From assembly GCA_964016885.1 (NCBI GenBank), contig OZ024740.1, forward strand, positions 219,232,001 to 219,296,000: DNA of 64,000 bases, given 5' to 3'. Both the position numbers and the translations under genes were made by a program. Positions 51,528 to 64,000 of this stretch are shown here, one piece after another; positions within the stretch are counted from its first letter, which is position 1; every line of letters starts with the position of its first letter. The notes below the pieces were generated by a model. The model ran no database searches. It was not told where the DNA came from and saw only the letters and a list, made by a program, of their open reading frames with translations. Origin of the DNA: Eledone cirrhosa (taxonomy: Eukaryota).

Positions 51528-54340
51528 TTTAGTATGTTGTTGTAGTTTGATTTCACTGTGTGGCATCTTGGGAAAATGTCTTTACTTTAGCATCAGATCA
51601 AACCAAGATTTGTGAATGAAATTGGGTAGACAGAAAATGTGTAGAAGCCTATCAGATGGACTGTCTCTGTAATTTAATGGTCATTCATATATTGTGTCAC
51701 ACTGATTTAGCTGCTTGTGTGAGAGACAATAATGCAATCAGACATAAAACTTTGACAATTTTTATAGGTACTGCATTCATGTAAGTGTAACTCAAGCTTT
51801 ATTTGCATATAGATAAATGTGTGTGTATGTATAAATATTAGCAACCTATACCATCGTTACTCCAGTGATACATGCCCAGACAATGTGGGGGAATGCTCTC
51901 TGGTGTGCAGAACTCTAGATACAAGTCACCTCATAGACCCAGCTTTGGTGTAGAAATCATATTAAGAGTACATGTATCTGTGAAATACTTACTCAGCCAC
52001 ATACATATTAATATCCATGCTGGATGTTCAGTTGAATTAATAACAGAATGATCATCATTGTAACAAGTGGAAGATCCATCATCATCATCATCATAATCTC
52101 TATAACTAATGGAAATAGTCTGGGTACTGTAACAGCTGAAAGTTATGGTGCTGGACATTGATAAATTTAAACATTGCGTCATTATGTTGTATCCCTTAAC
52201 ATGAATTGCTTCAGTTTATTTGATTGATAAACTTTACTTCAGACTTGAGTGGTTTATAGCAGTAGTAGTAAAGACTTTGGGATATACAAATTGTTTCAAT
52301 TATCCGTAAGTTCTATCTGTACATGTATAGGTAAATTTATGTATTTTGATTATTCTAGTATGTTTTATAGGGTTGGGGGAGGAGGGGTTTATCATTGAAG
52401 TAACCAAGAAATCTCCCTATGAGATTCAACCTCATAGAACAAAAGGGTCAGCAAACTACAGCCCATGGGCCATATCCAACCCACAACTTCATTCTATCTA
52501 GCCCGTAACTTCATTCTATCCACCTCACAACTTCGTTCTATCCAGGCCATAGTCTTCATTAACTATGTGTTATTGCATTTAAAAATTCTTTGGATAACAC
52601 AATTTTTGAATTATTTTCACTGTTCTAATTCATTCATATGTATTGTGTGTTAAATTTCTGAGCCTGCTGTGTGGCTTAGCAAATTAATATTTTTATTAAC
52701 CCTTTAATCACCACATTTCTAATGAAATATAGTCTATTTCAATGAATTAATGAAGAATTTTGAGGGATTTAATAAGATTATTAGTTATTTTATTACTCAA
52801 TGTAAGGTTATTATATAAAATTATGCTGGAAGATTTTAATTTAAATTGGAAACCTTTAAAATAAGTGCTTTTATTTCAGAGAACCAGAGCCAGTTTTGGC
52901 TTAGTTGGTAACAAAAGAGTTAATATAATTACCTAGTACTATATTATTAAGAAGAATCTGTCTTTTCGTTATTCTTTATATCATAGGTGAAAAGCTTTTA
53001 TTTTATTTCTACATTTAATACTTATATTGAAAAACACTAAAGTAATTTTAAAAAAACCTGTATGATCATGTTTTTTCTTTATTCACACTGGTCCATAAGG
53101 CATAAAATATTTCCAATATGGCCTACTTCCAAAAGTTGTTTTTTGACCTCTGTCATAGAAGGCTGATTAAACTTACAACAGCATTTTAGTATTTTAGCCT
53201 TAGAGGTAATATAGAAAATTACTTGCATTAATATTTTGATAAATCATTTGAATTTTTAAATGTTAAAGAATATAAAAATAATGCAAAGAAAAAACTACCT
53301 GAAGATTTACAGACTAACTTCATGTAATTATAACAATTGAAATAATTAAAATATGTTATACTTTAATTTCTTTAATTCCTATCTATATAACTGTGGTTAC
53401 AGACATCATTTCCTTTGGCTAGTTACATAGAGGAAGTATTTTAAATAAATCAATATATTTCATAATAGTTTTTCTGAAACATTTATCTCCTCCTTCTACA
53501 TGCAAAGTGTTGTGGGTTTTCTAATTTGAAACACTTAAATGGATTTTTATTGCCTCAGGGTATAGTGTTTAAAATGCTACAGTAAGTTATAAAAAATAAA
53601 AATAAAATACACATGTAATAAAAACATACGAGTAGTGGTAGTGGTAGTAGTAGTGGTGGTGATAATAATAACGATAATAATAATAATAATAATTAAAAGA
53701 ATAATGATATAACAACAACATCATATCAGCATTAAATTGAAAAAAAAAAAAAAAATTTACATTGCAATGTAATTTGTAAAAATTTAAGTTTCAACTTTTT
53801 TGTAATTTTAACAAGATCAATTTTCAGAAATGATACTTAAGATAAAATTTAATAAACATGTCCAATGTAAGTAGTGGAAGTGTTATGTGGCTAGATTAAA
53901 TAAAAATATAAAAAAGAAGTTTCATGTTTGATTTCAGAAGAATATTAAATATTGCAATTTTTTATGTAACTTTAATAGAAACATTGTCAATTGTTATAAA
54001 ATGTTCTGATCAAACGTAACTCGAGATTCTTATATTAAGTAAAAGGATTTTTCTCAAAGTGGAGTAAAAATGTTTTATTTCTAACCCATTTGTTACCATA
54101 TTTCTGGTAATATATTTCAAAATAATTGAGAATTTAGAAAAATTTAATAAAATGTATAACTTTTCACTATACAGATGATGCTTGGAACATTATTTAATCC
54201 TTTTGACACAAACTGCCCAAACTGCCTTTGGTTCTATAACACTCATTTCAAAGAGTTCCTATTTAAATTAAAAATTTCCAACTTAATAAGAATCTTAATA
54301 AATCCCAACAAATTCTTTAAAAATTCAAACAATGTATTTC

Positions 54341-54990
54341 ATTAGAAATACAATAATTGTTTCTACTTTAGGCACAAGGCCAGCAATTACCCAGTACATT
54401 ACTGGTACTTTATTTTATCGACCCCGTAAGGATGAAAGGCAAAGTTAACCTCAGCGGGATTTGAACTCAGACTGTAAAGGGACGTAACTATGCTAGAAAG
54501 CATGGCGTCCAACCCTCTACCGATACTGCCAATTCACCGCCCTATTAGAAATACAATAATTGTTTCTACTTTTGGCACAAGGCCATCAATTACCCAGTAC
54601 ATTACTGGTACTTTATTTTATTGACCCCGTAAGGATGAAAGGCAAAGTTAACCTCAGCGGGATTTGAACTCAGACTGTAAAGGGAGGACGTAACTATGCT
54701 GGAAAGCATGGCGTCCAACCCTCTACCGATACTGCCAATCCACACCCGTATTAGAAATACAATAATGATTTCTGATTTGGGCACGAGGCCAACAATTTTG
54801 GAGGAGGAGAATGTCAAATAAATCGACCCCAGTACGTTGCTGGCAATTTATTTTATTGACCCAGTAAGGATGAAAAGCAAAGCTGACTGCGGCAGGATTT
54901 GAACTCAGAATGTAAAGGGGCGTAACTCTATGCCACAAAGTTATGTTGTCAACGCTCTATCGATATTACCAATCTACTGCTCTTAGAAAT
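54341..54990 (-). mobile_element. Three head-to-tail Nin-domain SINEs separated by a repeated target sequence
   Basis: ATTAGAAATACAATAAT at 54341, 54544 and 54750; TTAGAAAT at 54983. Confidence 0.88.
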
Positions 54991-55192
54991 TTGATAATGA
55001 AAGAGTTAACAAAAGGTTTTTTTTACAGAGATTTATGTAGAAAAGTATTGATATAAGTATAAACACTTTAAAATGGTTTGTTTTGTGTCATAGAGCCAAG
55101 GTTGATATCAAAAGGATTTTTCTGTAGTGTTAACAGAACTGTTGTAAATTGTTAGAGTATTCTCTTCTCAAACACAACTTGAAATTCATATA

Positions 55193-55411
55193 TTAACCCT
55201 TTAGCATTTAAACCAGCCGTACCCGGTCAGAATTCTCCCACCTCTTTCTATTCAAACCGGTCGCTCATACTGATGTTAATGTATTGTTCTCAGCATCAAT
55301 AATATCAAAATCTCATAGATTCGATATAACATGAGATAATTATGTGAGGTAAAGCCTTTGCCATAAAAATATATTAGTAAATATAGAGTAATGCAAATTC
55401 TAAAGGGTTAA
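55193..55411. mobile_element. 215-bp piggyBac-like MITE (another at 56600-56805)
   Basis: TTAACCCTTTAGCATTTAAA...CTAAAGGGTTAA. Confidence 0.8.
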
Positions 55412-56249
55412 GTATTAGATTTTTCTCAAATCTGAATGTAAGTGTTATTCTTTTACTCTTTTACTGGCCATGTTGTGCTGCTGTCTGCAATGGATCTAGT
55501 TGTTTATATTGACTCCAGTACATATATTTTTCAAGTCTAGTACTTATTGTATTGATCTCTATTTGTTGAATTGCTATGTTATAGGACATAAAGAAACAGT
55601 TAACATAACTATAAACATTGACATTGACACACACACACACACACACACACATACATTTATATGATGGGCTTCATACAGTTTCCTTCTATGAAATTTCACT
55701 TCAATAGGTGCAGAGTTGGTGATAGTTTGGTAGAGGTTAAGTTTGAAGGTGAGAAAGTGATCAAGAATGTTTGGAGTGCTTGTATGCATGTCAAAATTAT
55801 ATATCAGGGATCATATTAATTGTTACAGCAAGAAGTTCAGGGTAAAAAATGGTTTGGCTTCTATGTTGGTGTAAGAGGAGTGCAAGAGTCAAGTAGATTT
55901 GTGAACTTTGAAGTTACTGAAGACTATGACTTCAGGGAGAATCTGAAGGGATATACCATATATACTCAAATATAAGCCAATGAATATGCAACCAAAAAAT
56001 CGATGGTAGAAGGGTGGGGTATATTCGGGGTCAATATTCTGACAATTTTCACTAACTTCAAATTCTATGTAAATAAAGTTTGTATTTTTGCCTATTTTAT
56101 GTTTGAGAAAACATAAAATAATGGTGTCGGCTTATATTTGTATCAGCTTACATTTGAATATACAAGACAATAGATGATTGAAAAATTGATAGTGGTTGAA
56201 GGAATTTGGAGAGTGATAGAGGCAATAAATGTATTTAGAGGAGACATTG

Positions 56250-58700
56250 AACTATAGTAATTGGGTGTCATACTTATTTATGAGATGAGATAAATTGAAT
56301 GGTGAGGAGAATGAAATCTACTCATATGCATATATCACCAGAGCAAAGTTTGAGTATAGAGTGTAGCCTATATAGTAGGGCTGAGCTATAAATAATGGCT
56401 GAGATATTTGCATGTCTAAGGGGGATAAGATGTGTAGTTTGTGTGGTAGTATGAAATGTATTGTGTGGGATCCAGACTGGACCAGAATCTACAAATATGT
56501 GAAAAAAGAAAGAAGTGTCCAATAGATTTAGCCATAATTTAATCTCATGTGTATGAATGGAGCTTAGTTTTTGAATTCTTATTGGTTCTACCAAAGGTCT
56601 TAACCTTTTAGCATTTAAACCGGCTGTATCCGGCCAGAATTTTCTCACCTCTTTCTGTTCAAACTGGCTGTAACTGGCTGCTCATATCTACATTAAGGTA
56701 TTGTTCTCAAAATAAATCACATCAAAATATCATAGATTCGATATTATGTGAGATAAAGACTTTACCATGAAAATATAATAGTGTGTATAGAGTAATGTAA
56801 ATGCATCAAATATATTGTGACATAGGAGATTAGTTCTTTAGTGCAGCGGTTGCCAACCAGTTGTCCGAAAGAAACTTTTGATGGTCTGCAGAAAAATGTG
56901 GACATTATTGGCAATTTTTATGTTTTATTAATAATAAAAAAAATATAATATTTGGTTAAAATATATTTTATAGCCCCTCTAAAAATGTTTCTCCTCCATG
57001 AAGGAATTTTACACATATGTATCATCTATTGACAATATGACACACATACACTTCAGTATCGTTTCGACCATTGGCCATTAATTCATAGTGGTCGATGGGA
57101 TTTAAAACTATGAATTTAATGGTCTGTAAGGTCTGAGAGGTTGGCAACTGCTGTTTTAGTAAAATCCATATTGGTGGCATCTGAGGAGGAAAAGAAATTC
57201 TAGGTAGCATAGAAGGTATCTGACAGTGTTAAAGACACATTCTTAGTTGATGGAGGAAGCATGCATGTGTTTCACTATCTTGAGTAAGTATCCATAGGGA
57301 AAGGGAGTAATGAAGGAGTTTAGTGAGGACAGATATAAATATGGAAAGTTACTATTTCAATGTTTTATTGATTAGTCTTCTTGGAGTTTATCCATTTCAT
57401 TACCATATTTCTTTTGAAAGACACTGTCTGTGATTTTCAAATTGTTTTGAAAATAATAAAAAATTTGGAGGGATTTGGTAATATAACAAACTTTCTCATT
57501 TTAAAGCTTGTATTTGGCACTTAACAAAGGTTTTTACATAAAATTATGATGAAAGGGGTTTTGTATAAAATAGACAGCAATATCAAAATGATTAATGATG
57601 AAAAATATTGAGTAACTCCAAGTCTGTTCCATTTAGGAAGTCCTATTAGTAAGAACTGATGCAGAGAGCTAAAGGAATAGTAGAGTTAAATACACTGAAG
57701 AGGGATGGACAGATTTTAGTAGAAACTCTACTGATGAATAGCTCACCATGATAAGTAAACTTAGCAATAATTGATGAAATTAAGTCTTTACTGAAATAAT
57801 GAAGAAGACATTTGCAATAATTGATGCCATATTAAGATACATAGTAATCTGTTATATAATTAGAGAAAGTTTATCAGAGATTACCAGCATCTCTTTATCT
57901 TAATACTAGCAATTAATTCTGGTTTCATCTCTTTAGTTGAATCATTATCAATGTATGTTTGCTACTTGTTATGTTATCAAAACCTCTTTCCCTTCACATA
58001 TAGTTAGTTAATCACATATACTTAATTGAAACAATTTAATAGAGAATTCTGACTATTATCAATATTAAAAAGTGTCTCTAGTATAATATTTATGACAAGT
58101 TATTCAATTACTTTAAAATTTCAGCTGCGACTGTTGATGAACCAAGACTGCAATATACAGTATAAAGTGATAACTGTTGTTTTAACAGAATATGAATGGA
58201 AAGTGTTTAGCTCCAGCTCTTCTTTCAGCTGCATCTCTTTTCATTCCTCTAATATCGACAAAATAAGCACTAGCAATATGCCAAAGTAAATTCAATTGGA
58301 TATATGCCAAATTACAACAAACATAAAGCCTCGTACCAAGTCAAGTGATACCATTATTAATGATTGTGGAAGTTTTTGTTATAACACTGTCATTATAAAT
58401 CTATTTGTGTCTGTCCCTCTTGCTTATACTAAGAGTGTCCCTTGTGATTGGTTATTGGATGCAATCATTCCAAAGCAAATTGAGAGTAATTCCAACACTG
58501 TAACTAAGGCAAAAACAATCGTTTTGTTTTCCATTTATACAACTATTATTCTTTTATTAATTACTATTAGAGGTTTTTCTTCCCCCTTTTTCTGGAAGTT
58601 CACCTATCAAACAAACTTATGCGTTTTATTGAAGACATGGAGAATCTATACCTCAGGGATCTTATCCGGCCTATTGGATTTTCATTTAGCTTGATGTGAC
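56250..58700 (-). pseudogene. Possible ancient, fragmented CR1/L2/Jockey-type LINE
   Basis: Scattered motif remnants: SNRPDKIP, QGTLL, YFVDI and DSGPVWIPH...RLHSILKL..GDI; interrupted by MITEs. Confidence 0.3.
56844..57153. mobile_element. hAT-type MITE
   Basis: TIR CAGCGGTTGCCAACC / GGTTGGCAACTGCTG; imperfect 8-bp TSD CTTTAGTG/TTTTAGTA. Confidence 0.72.
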
Positions 58701-58756
58701 CTTTGCTATCAGAGATAATTTAGATAATGCATGCTAGATATTTTAGATAATAGGAA

Positions 58757-58931
58757 AGGCATGGCTGTGTGACTGATGATTTGACTTTGCAACAATGTAT
58801 ATTTGGTTTCCATCCCACTGCATAGAACCTTGAGCAAGTAAGTGCTTTTTTTTTTACTATAGCCTTGGGTCAACCAATGTCTTGTGAGGGAATTTTTTAG
58901 AGAGAACCTATAAGGAAGCCTGTGGGATATG

Positions 58932-58968
<37 letters not shown>

Positions 58969-59182
58969 TGACCACATGTGTCTTCATAGCAACAATGTTT
59001 AAAGCAACTGGTGACATTTGTTTATGTTCTGCATAAACAATGTCTCACACAATAGCCGTCAGGAAAAAAGTGTGTTGTTGCCAAATAGGTTCTGGTAATT
59101 GAATAACTGCCCCCAAAAGTCTCATCCAACTTATGACAGCATGGAAAATGGACTTAAAAATGATGATGATGATGATGATGAC
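58757..59182 (+). mobile_element. Old tRNA-head SINE with RTE tail
   Basis: GGCATGGCTGTGTG head, CCTTGAGCAAG core, GCATGGAAAATGGAC..(GAT)n tail. Confidence 0.55.
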
Positions 59183-59262
59183 AATAATGATGATAATGCT
59201 GCTGATAATAGTGTCCTATTAAATTACTAGAAGTAAATAGTGTGACACAGTTAAATATATAT

Positions 59263-59318
<56 letters not shown>

Positions 59319-59365
59319 AAGATTGAAGAATTACATGGTCGGCTGTACAAAAAGGTTTTATTTCT

Positions 59366-59478
59366 AGTATTAACAATTGTTTCATTGATCAGGTGAGTCT
59401 AAAGGGCGCTAATCACTCGAAGTTGCGCCACTCGACCTTAAATACAGTGTTTACCTCTGTTCAAATCATCGGAATACT
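59366..59478 (-). ncRNA. Type I hammerhead, CCGAUGA core with ~80-nt stem II insert
   Basis: Minus strand AGTATT-CCGATGA-TTTGA...TCAAT-GAAAC-AATT-GTT-AATACT; adjacent to (TA)n 59255-59293. Confidence 0.65.
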
Positions 59479-60063
59479 GGAGGTTTTACATATGGCATTG
59501 GTATTTATAGATACAACAGAGAATCAAAACAAAACCATCAATAATAAAAGATAATAATAAAGAAGTAAAGAAGTTAGAATGTAGATGATAAAGATGTAAA
59601 AAATAAGTAAAAAAATAAGTACAGAATACGATTGCTGGTAATAGTGGTGGTGGTGGTGATTAAAGTTACAGGGGTGAGTAAGTGTATGTGTAAGTGGTGA
59701 GGGTAGAGATAATACTAACATGAAACGAAACATAAATACATACATACATATGTAGTGGTCAAATCTCAGAAGGTTAGAGTAGAAAATAAAAAATAGTAAC
59801 AAATGACAGATAAAAGATAATAAATTAAAAATTAAGTGAGAGGGGAAGAGATACAGGACACCATTACAACCACTTTAAAGTGTTTTGGCCTGGCCGCATC
59901 AGGGATGTGTGGGAGGGTGGGATGAGGCAGTGCATACTGTGTATATGCTTCAGCTTGTGCCCATGGGAAGTCAGGTCTTCTGTATTACCGCACAATATCA
60001 GCGATCTCGGTCCAGGGTCATCGACTTTGAGATACATACTTACATACATATTTATTTTTTTTT

Positions 60064-60199
60064 ATATAGAAATGACTTTCACACAACTAGAACTGTTTCA
60101 TTCACACAGATGATTTCATATGAATATATATATATTTATACATATGAAATTATCAGTGTAAATGAAACAGTTCTAGTTATGTAGAAGTCATTTCTATAT
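60064..60199. repeat. About 60-bp inverted repeat around a TA core
   Basis: ATATAGAAATGACTT..AACTAGAACTGTTTCATT / AATGAAACAGTTCTAGTT..AAGTCATTTCTATAT. Confidence 0.8.
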
Positions 60200-63107
60200 G
60201 AAAAAAAGTATGTATGTATGTATGTATGTATGTATGTATGTATGTATGTATGTATGTATGCGTGTCTGTGTGTATGTATCGCTTTTTCTCTTGGTCAGTG
60301 TGGAATACAGTAGTAAAACAGTAATAATTTTCTCTATGATTTTGACGCCCACAGACAGTTTTTCCATCAATGCCAAGCAGCATTGATGCTACTCGGAAAT
60401 ATCTGGATATTTATTTAACTAGAATATTTCCCTCACAAGAAGCAATAATGTTTGCACCCCCTCTGCAGTTCAGTAATCACTGTTGAGCTAATGTTTAACT
60501 TCCAGTCTATTGCTAATGTTATGCTTCCCTTCCACACTATAATCAATGTTTTATTTACTTCCAATGAAAATATAACTATTGAAAAGCTAGCAAAAGAGAA
60601 CTACAATATTGTCATTTAAAGTGCTAAAAATAGCAGCCAAATCTCATTTAAACCACACCCTATTATCTTTAAAAGGTAGGTATTAGACATACATTGTGAA
60701 TAATTTAGTTCTGAATATATCAGATTTCTAACTAGAGATTGGCAGACTACAGTTCATGAGCCAAGTCTGCCCCACACCTTCATTTCATCTGGCCTGCAGG
60801 CTTCATTGAACATGTGACATTGCATACAAAAGTCTTTATTTTCCTTATCGGTCTTTAGTTAGCAAACAATATAATTCAGTATTTAAAAAAAAGCTCTCAT
60901 CTTTTCAATGATCTCAAATGAGTCAATATTTTATGATAATATGAAAGAAAAAAAAATAGTTTAACCCCTTCACTTCATATAAAACGAAAGTTTGCCTTGG
61001 TGTGGTATTTTAAACAGTAAATGTTTTCACTTTCCTAAAGGAATGGAGTAAAAATGATTCATTTTAATGTAAAACATTTTTTTCTACATAAAATGTTTAT
61101 AATGAAAAATATTTAAAAAGTTAAAAAACAAGCCGCTTCTATAGTTTTGTATGCTCAAGGTTTTACTTTTATTCACTTTGGCTTTTCATTCAATTCAATT
61201 CTCCTCCAAAAAGGTTTGCTAACTCCTGCTTCAACTCTTTTGATACCAAACAACCTGAAACTTTCCTTGCTTCTATAATACAAAACTATTTTAAAGTTTT
61301 AATATTTATCTAAAAACCGTCCATCTTAACTTTAAGTTAAAACCTTTATTATATTATGCTCCAAATATCAGCTTAATAATAAAGCAAAAATAGCCATATT
61401 ACTAAATCCCTTCAATTTCTTTATTATTTTCACTGTATTTCATTAGAACTACAGTAACAAAAGGTTTAAACATAGAATGACCATTCAAAGATAGAATGAC
61501 CATTCTTGAAAGCCTGTGATCATATGTGTCTATTCAATGAGGGCATATCTTTGTCTAAGCAATACTACATCTCTCCTTTCTGTTATCCAACTAGATAAAA
61601 CATAATAAAACTCTCTACAAACCCATAGTATCCACCAATTAGATACCTTCTTATCATGTTTCCCATGTCATTTTAACCCTTTCATGACCCTATTTCACAC
61701 GAAATACATTGAAAATGTGTTTCAATTAGTTTTGAAAATAATCAAAACTTTTGAGGGTTTTAGTGATGATAACTTTTACTTTATGATAACTAAGATGGTG
61801 TGTAAAACATAATAAGGCAGCGAATTGTCAGAGTTGTTAGAAGGTCGGATAGAATGCTTTGTGGTATTCATTTTGGCTTTCTGTTCTCTCAAATCCTGCC
61901 GAGGTCAACTTTGCCTTTTATTCATCCGAAGTCGATAAAAAACGTACCAGTTTAGTACTGGAGTCGAATCTTTCTCACTTCCTTTCTCACATTCTCTACC
62001 CTTCTTTGGAAGAAATCTGCTATATTTAGACCTGGAGAGGAGATGGACTCTGCCAGGTTTAAGAATGTCCTAGAAACATTGTATATCAATACATTACGAC
62101 TCCCTCAGGAGTTACAGGACCATGCATGCATAAAACATAAAGTTCTTACATAAAATTATGATAAAAGGTTTTAATTTAGATATAAACCAGATTTATCACT
62201 CAACTAGATACAGTTCCAGGTAAGTTGTTAACAAAAGTGTTGAGGTCTTCATACTTCAAATGTTTACTTTCAGAGGGACTCTGAGAGAAATATTGCAAGG
62301 CAGAACAAGACATTTTTTGAGCATAGGGGATATAGAACACCCCTCAAATATCAAGGGAGCTGAGACATCTTTTAAACCCTTTGATCCCAAACTACCTTTG
62401 CCTCTATACAAGAAAACCACCCATTTTAAAGATTAATCCCTCCAATATATATTTTTATCTTTTGTTATGTTACAAATACCATCTTAATGAAATGATTAAT
62501 GATTTTAGGAAATCTCTCCAAATTCTTCATTAATTAATTCAAATGCTGAGTATTTAATAAGAAATATGGAAGCAGAAGTGTTAAAGGGCAATGTGGCATC
62601 AGATATTTATAGGCATTTCTTTTGTTCTCAGAGTTACAAACCAATGTATAGGCTCTGTCATGGCCATATTGTATTCTCAAAGGATATTCAATGGACAACC
62701 ACCACTCTTTTTGTTAAATCAGATCGTGCCTTCAGATCAAGACATGTTTAATACAAAAAACAAACAAACAAAACAAACATAAACCACCAAGAAAGGGTTG
62801 GCATCAGGAAAAGTACCTTGGCATAGAATCTGCTTTGAAAATTTCTTGTTTCTGGTTTGGAGAATGTAGCTTCTTCCCTAATCTTAGAAGCCCTGAAAGA
62901 TTTCATGCACTCTTCCCCCTCTATCTAAGCCATAAAAAAGTATTCTTCTATGCTGAGACACAGTAAACTCCACTCAAGGTGTAAATTTAAACTCGTGATT
63001 CATAGGCAATTATTCCAATACATTGTCCATTCAGCCATCTTACATCTACATAGCTTAGAAAAACAGATATTATAATAACAGTATATATATTATATTATTT
63101 ATTTATG

Positions 63108-63250
63108 TTCGGATGCCATGCTTTGCAGCAAAGAGTTACAACCCTCCGAGGTTAACTTTGCCTTTCATCCTTACGGGGTCGATAAAATAAAGTACCAGTA
63201 ATACACTGGATAATTGCTGGCCTTGTGCCAAAAGTAGAAACAATTATTTA
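63108..63250 (+). mobile_element. 5'-truncated Nin-domain SINE (older copy at 61816-61970)
   Basis: GAGGTTAACTTTGCCTTTCATCCTTACGGGGTCGATAAAATAAAGTACCAG...AGAAACAATTATT; TTATTTATGTT flanks. Confidence 0.8.
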
Positions 63251-63796
63251 TTTATGTTAATACATGGAACAAAAATGCTGCCCAAGGTTTCAAGGCCCAA
63301 ATTTGACCATACCGCCAGAATACAAGAGGCATCAGATTTGTGACCTTCCTTCAGGTGCTATATGAGTTTATAATACACCATTAAAATTAGAGCGTGTTAA
63401 AGAAACCATGTAAGAAAAAAAGAGAGAGGTTTCTTTAGTTGTGTCAAAGGCACAACAACCTTTCTAGTATTGATGATAAAATAAAATGTTCCTAGTACAC
63501 TCTGTAAAGTTGTTGGGATAGGAAGGGTATCCAGCCATAGAAAGATGGCAAAACAAAGAATAGAGAGGACTCTTCAATTGACAACCTCTCTAGTGTTGGT
63601 GCTATGAAGAAATACACTCTGTAGCTCTGTGGCTTAGATTGGGTGTTGATTTGGTCTGTTACGACCTACCCAGCCTTGCTAGCAGGAAAAATGGATGTTA
63701 AATGATGTTGATGATATACTATCATTAATATCATCATCACTTAATGTCTGTTTTCTCTGCTAGATATATATACACATCACCACCATCACCACCACC

Positions 63797-63827
<31 letters not shown>

Positions 63828-64000
63828 GTTTTTCGATTCGTCTATTTCTCTATGCTGGCATTTTGAAACAGAATTCTAAGGCATGAGGCACCTCCTAATG
63901 TCAACTCTAATTTGTCTTCAAAGTAAGGTATTGGATCTTGGCAAGTATAAGCCTTAGAGCAGCAGAATATCTGTTTACATGGAATGTTCATTAATATCAC

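Noticed and set aside
60064-60199. Hairpin as hammerhead or pre-miRNA
   Set aside because: No CUGANGA core; more likely a MITE or fold-back remnant, and miRNA status is not assessable from sequence alone.

Overview
AT-rich, repeat-dominated eukaryotic genomic DNA. The repeat repertoire (Nin-domain SINEs, tRNA-head SINEs with RTE tails, very long (TA)n/(GAT)n/(TATC)n/(ACC)n microsatellites) suggests a coleoid cephalopod, probably Octopus; this is inference. No host protein-coding gene could be supported, and most listed ORFs are microsatellite artefacts. Recognisable elements: two RTE-clade LINEs (one with an uninterrupted 5'-truncated APE-RT ORF) with a PHD-type zinc finger inside the RT; an internally deleted DD37D (maT) Tc1/mariner; a degenerate Tx1/L1 LINE in (TATC)n; two non-autonomous Helitrons; piggyBac-, hAT-, pogo- and mariner-like MITEs; stacked Nin-SINEs; and a 75-bp minisatellite. 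The signal the ORF track misses is a set of about nine type I hammerhead-ribozyme motifs in several unrelated short non-coding elements. Two are fully canonical with stem II covariation, and three share a CCGANGA (U4C) core. Most sit in or beside (TA)n tracts, and several form long fold-back inverted repeats resembling Penelope-like pLTR/retrozyme termini. All structures were read by eye, not computed.
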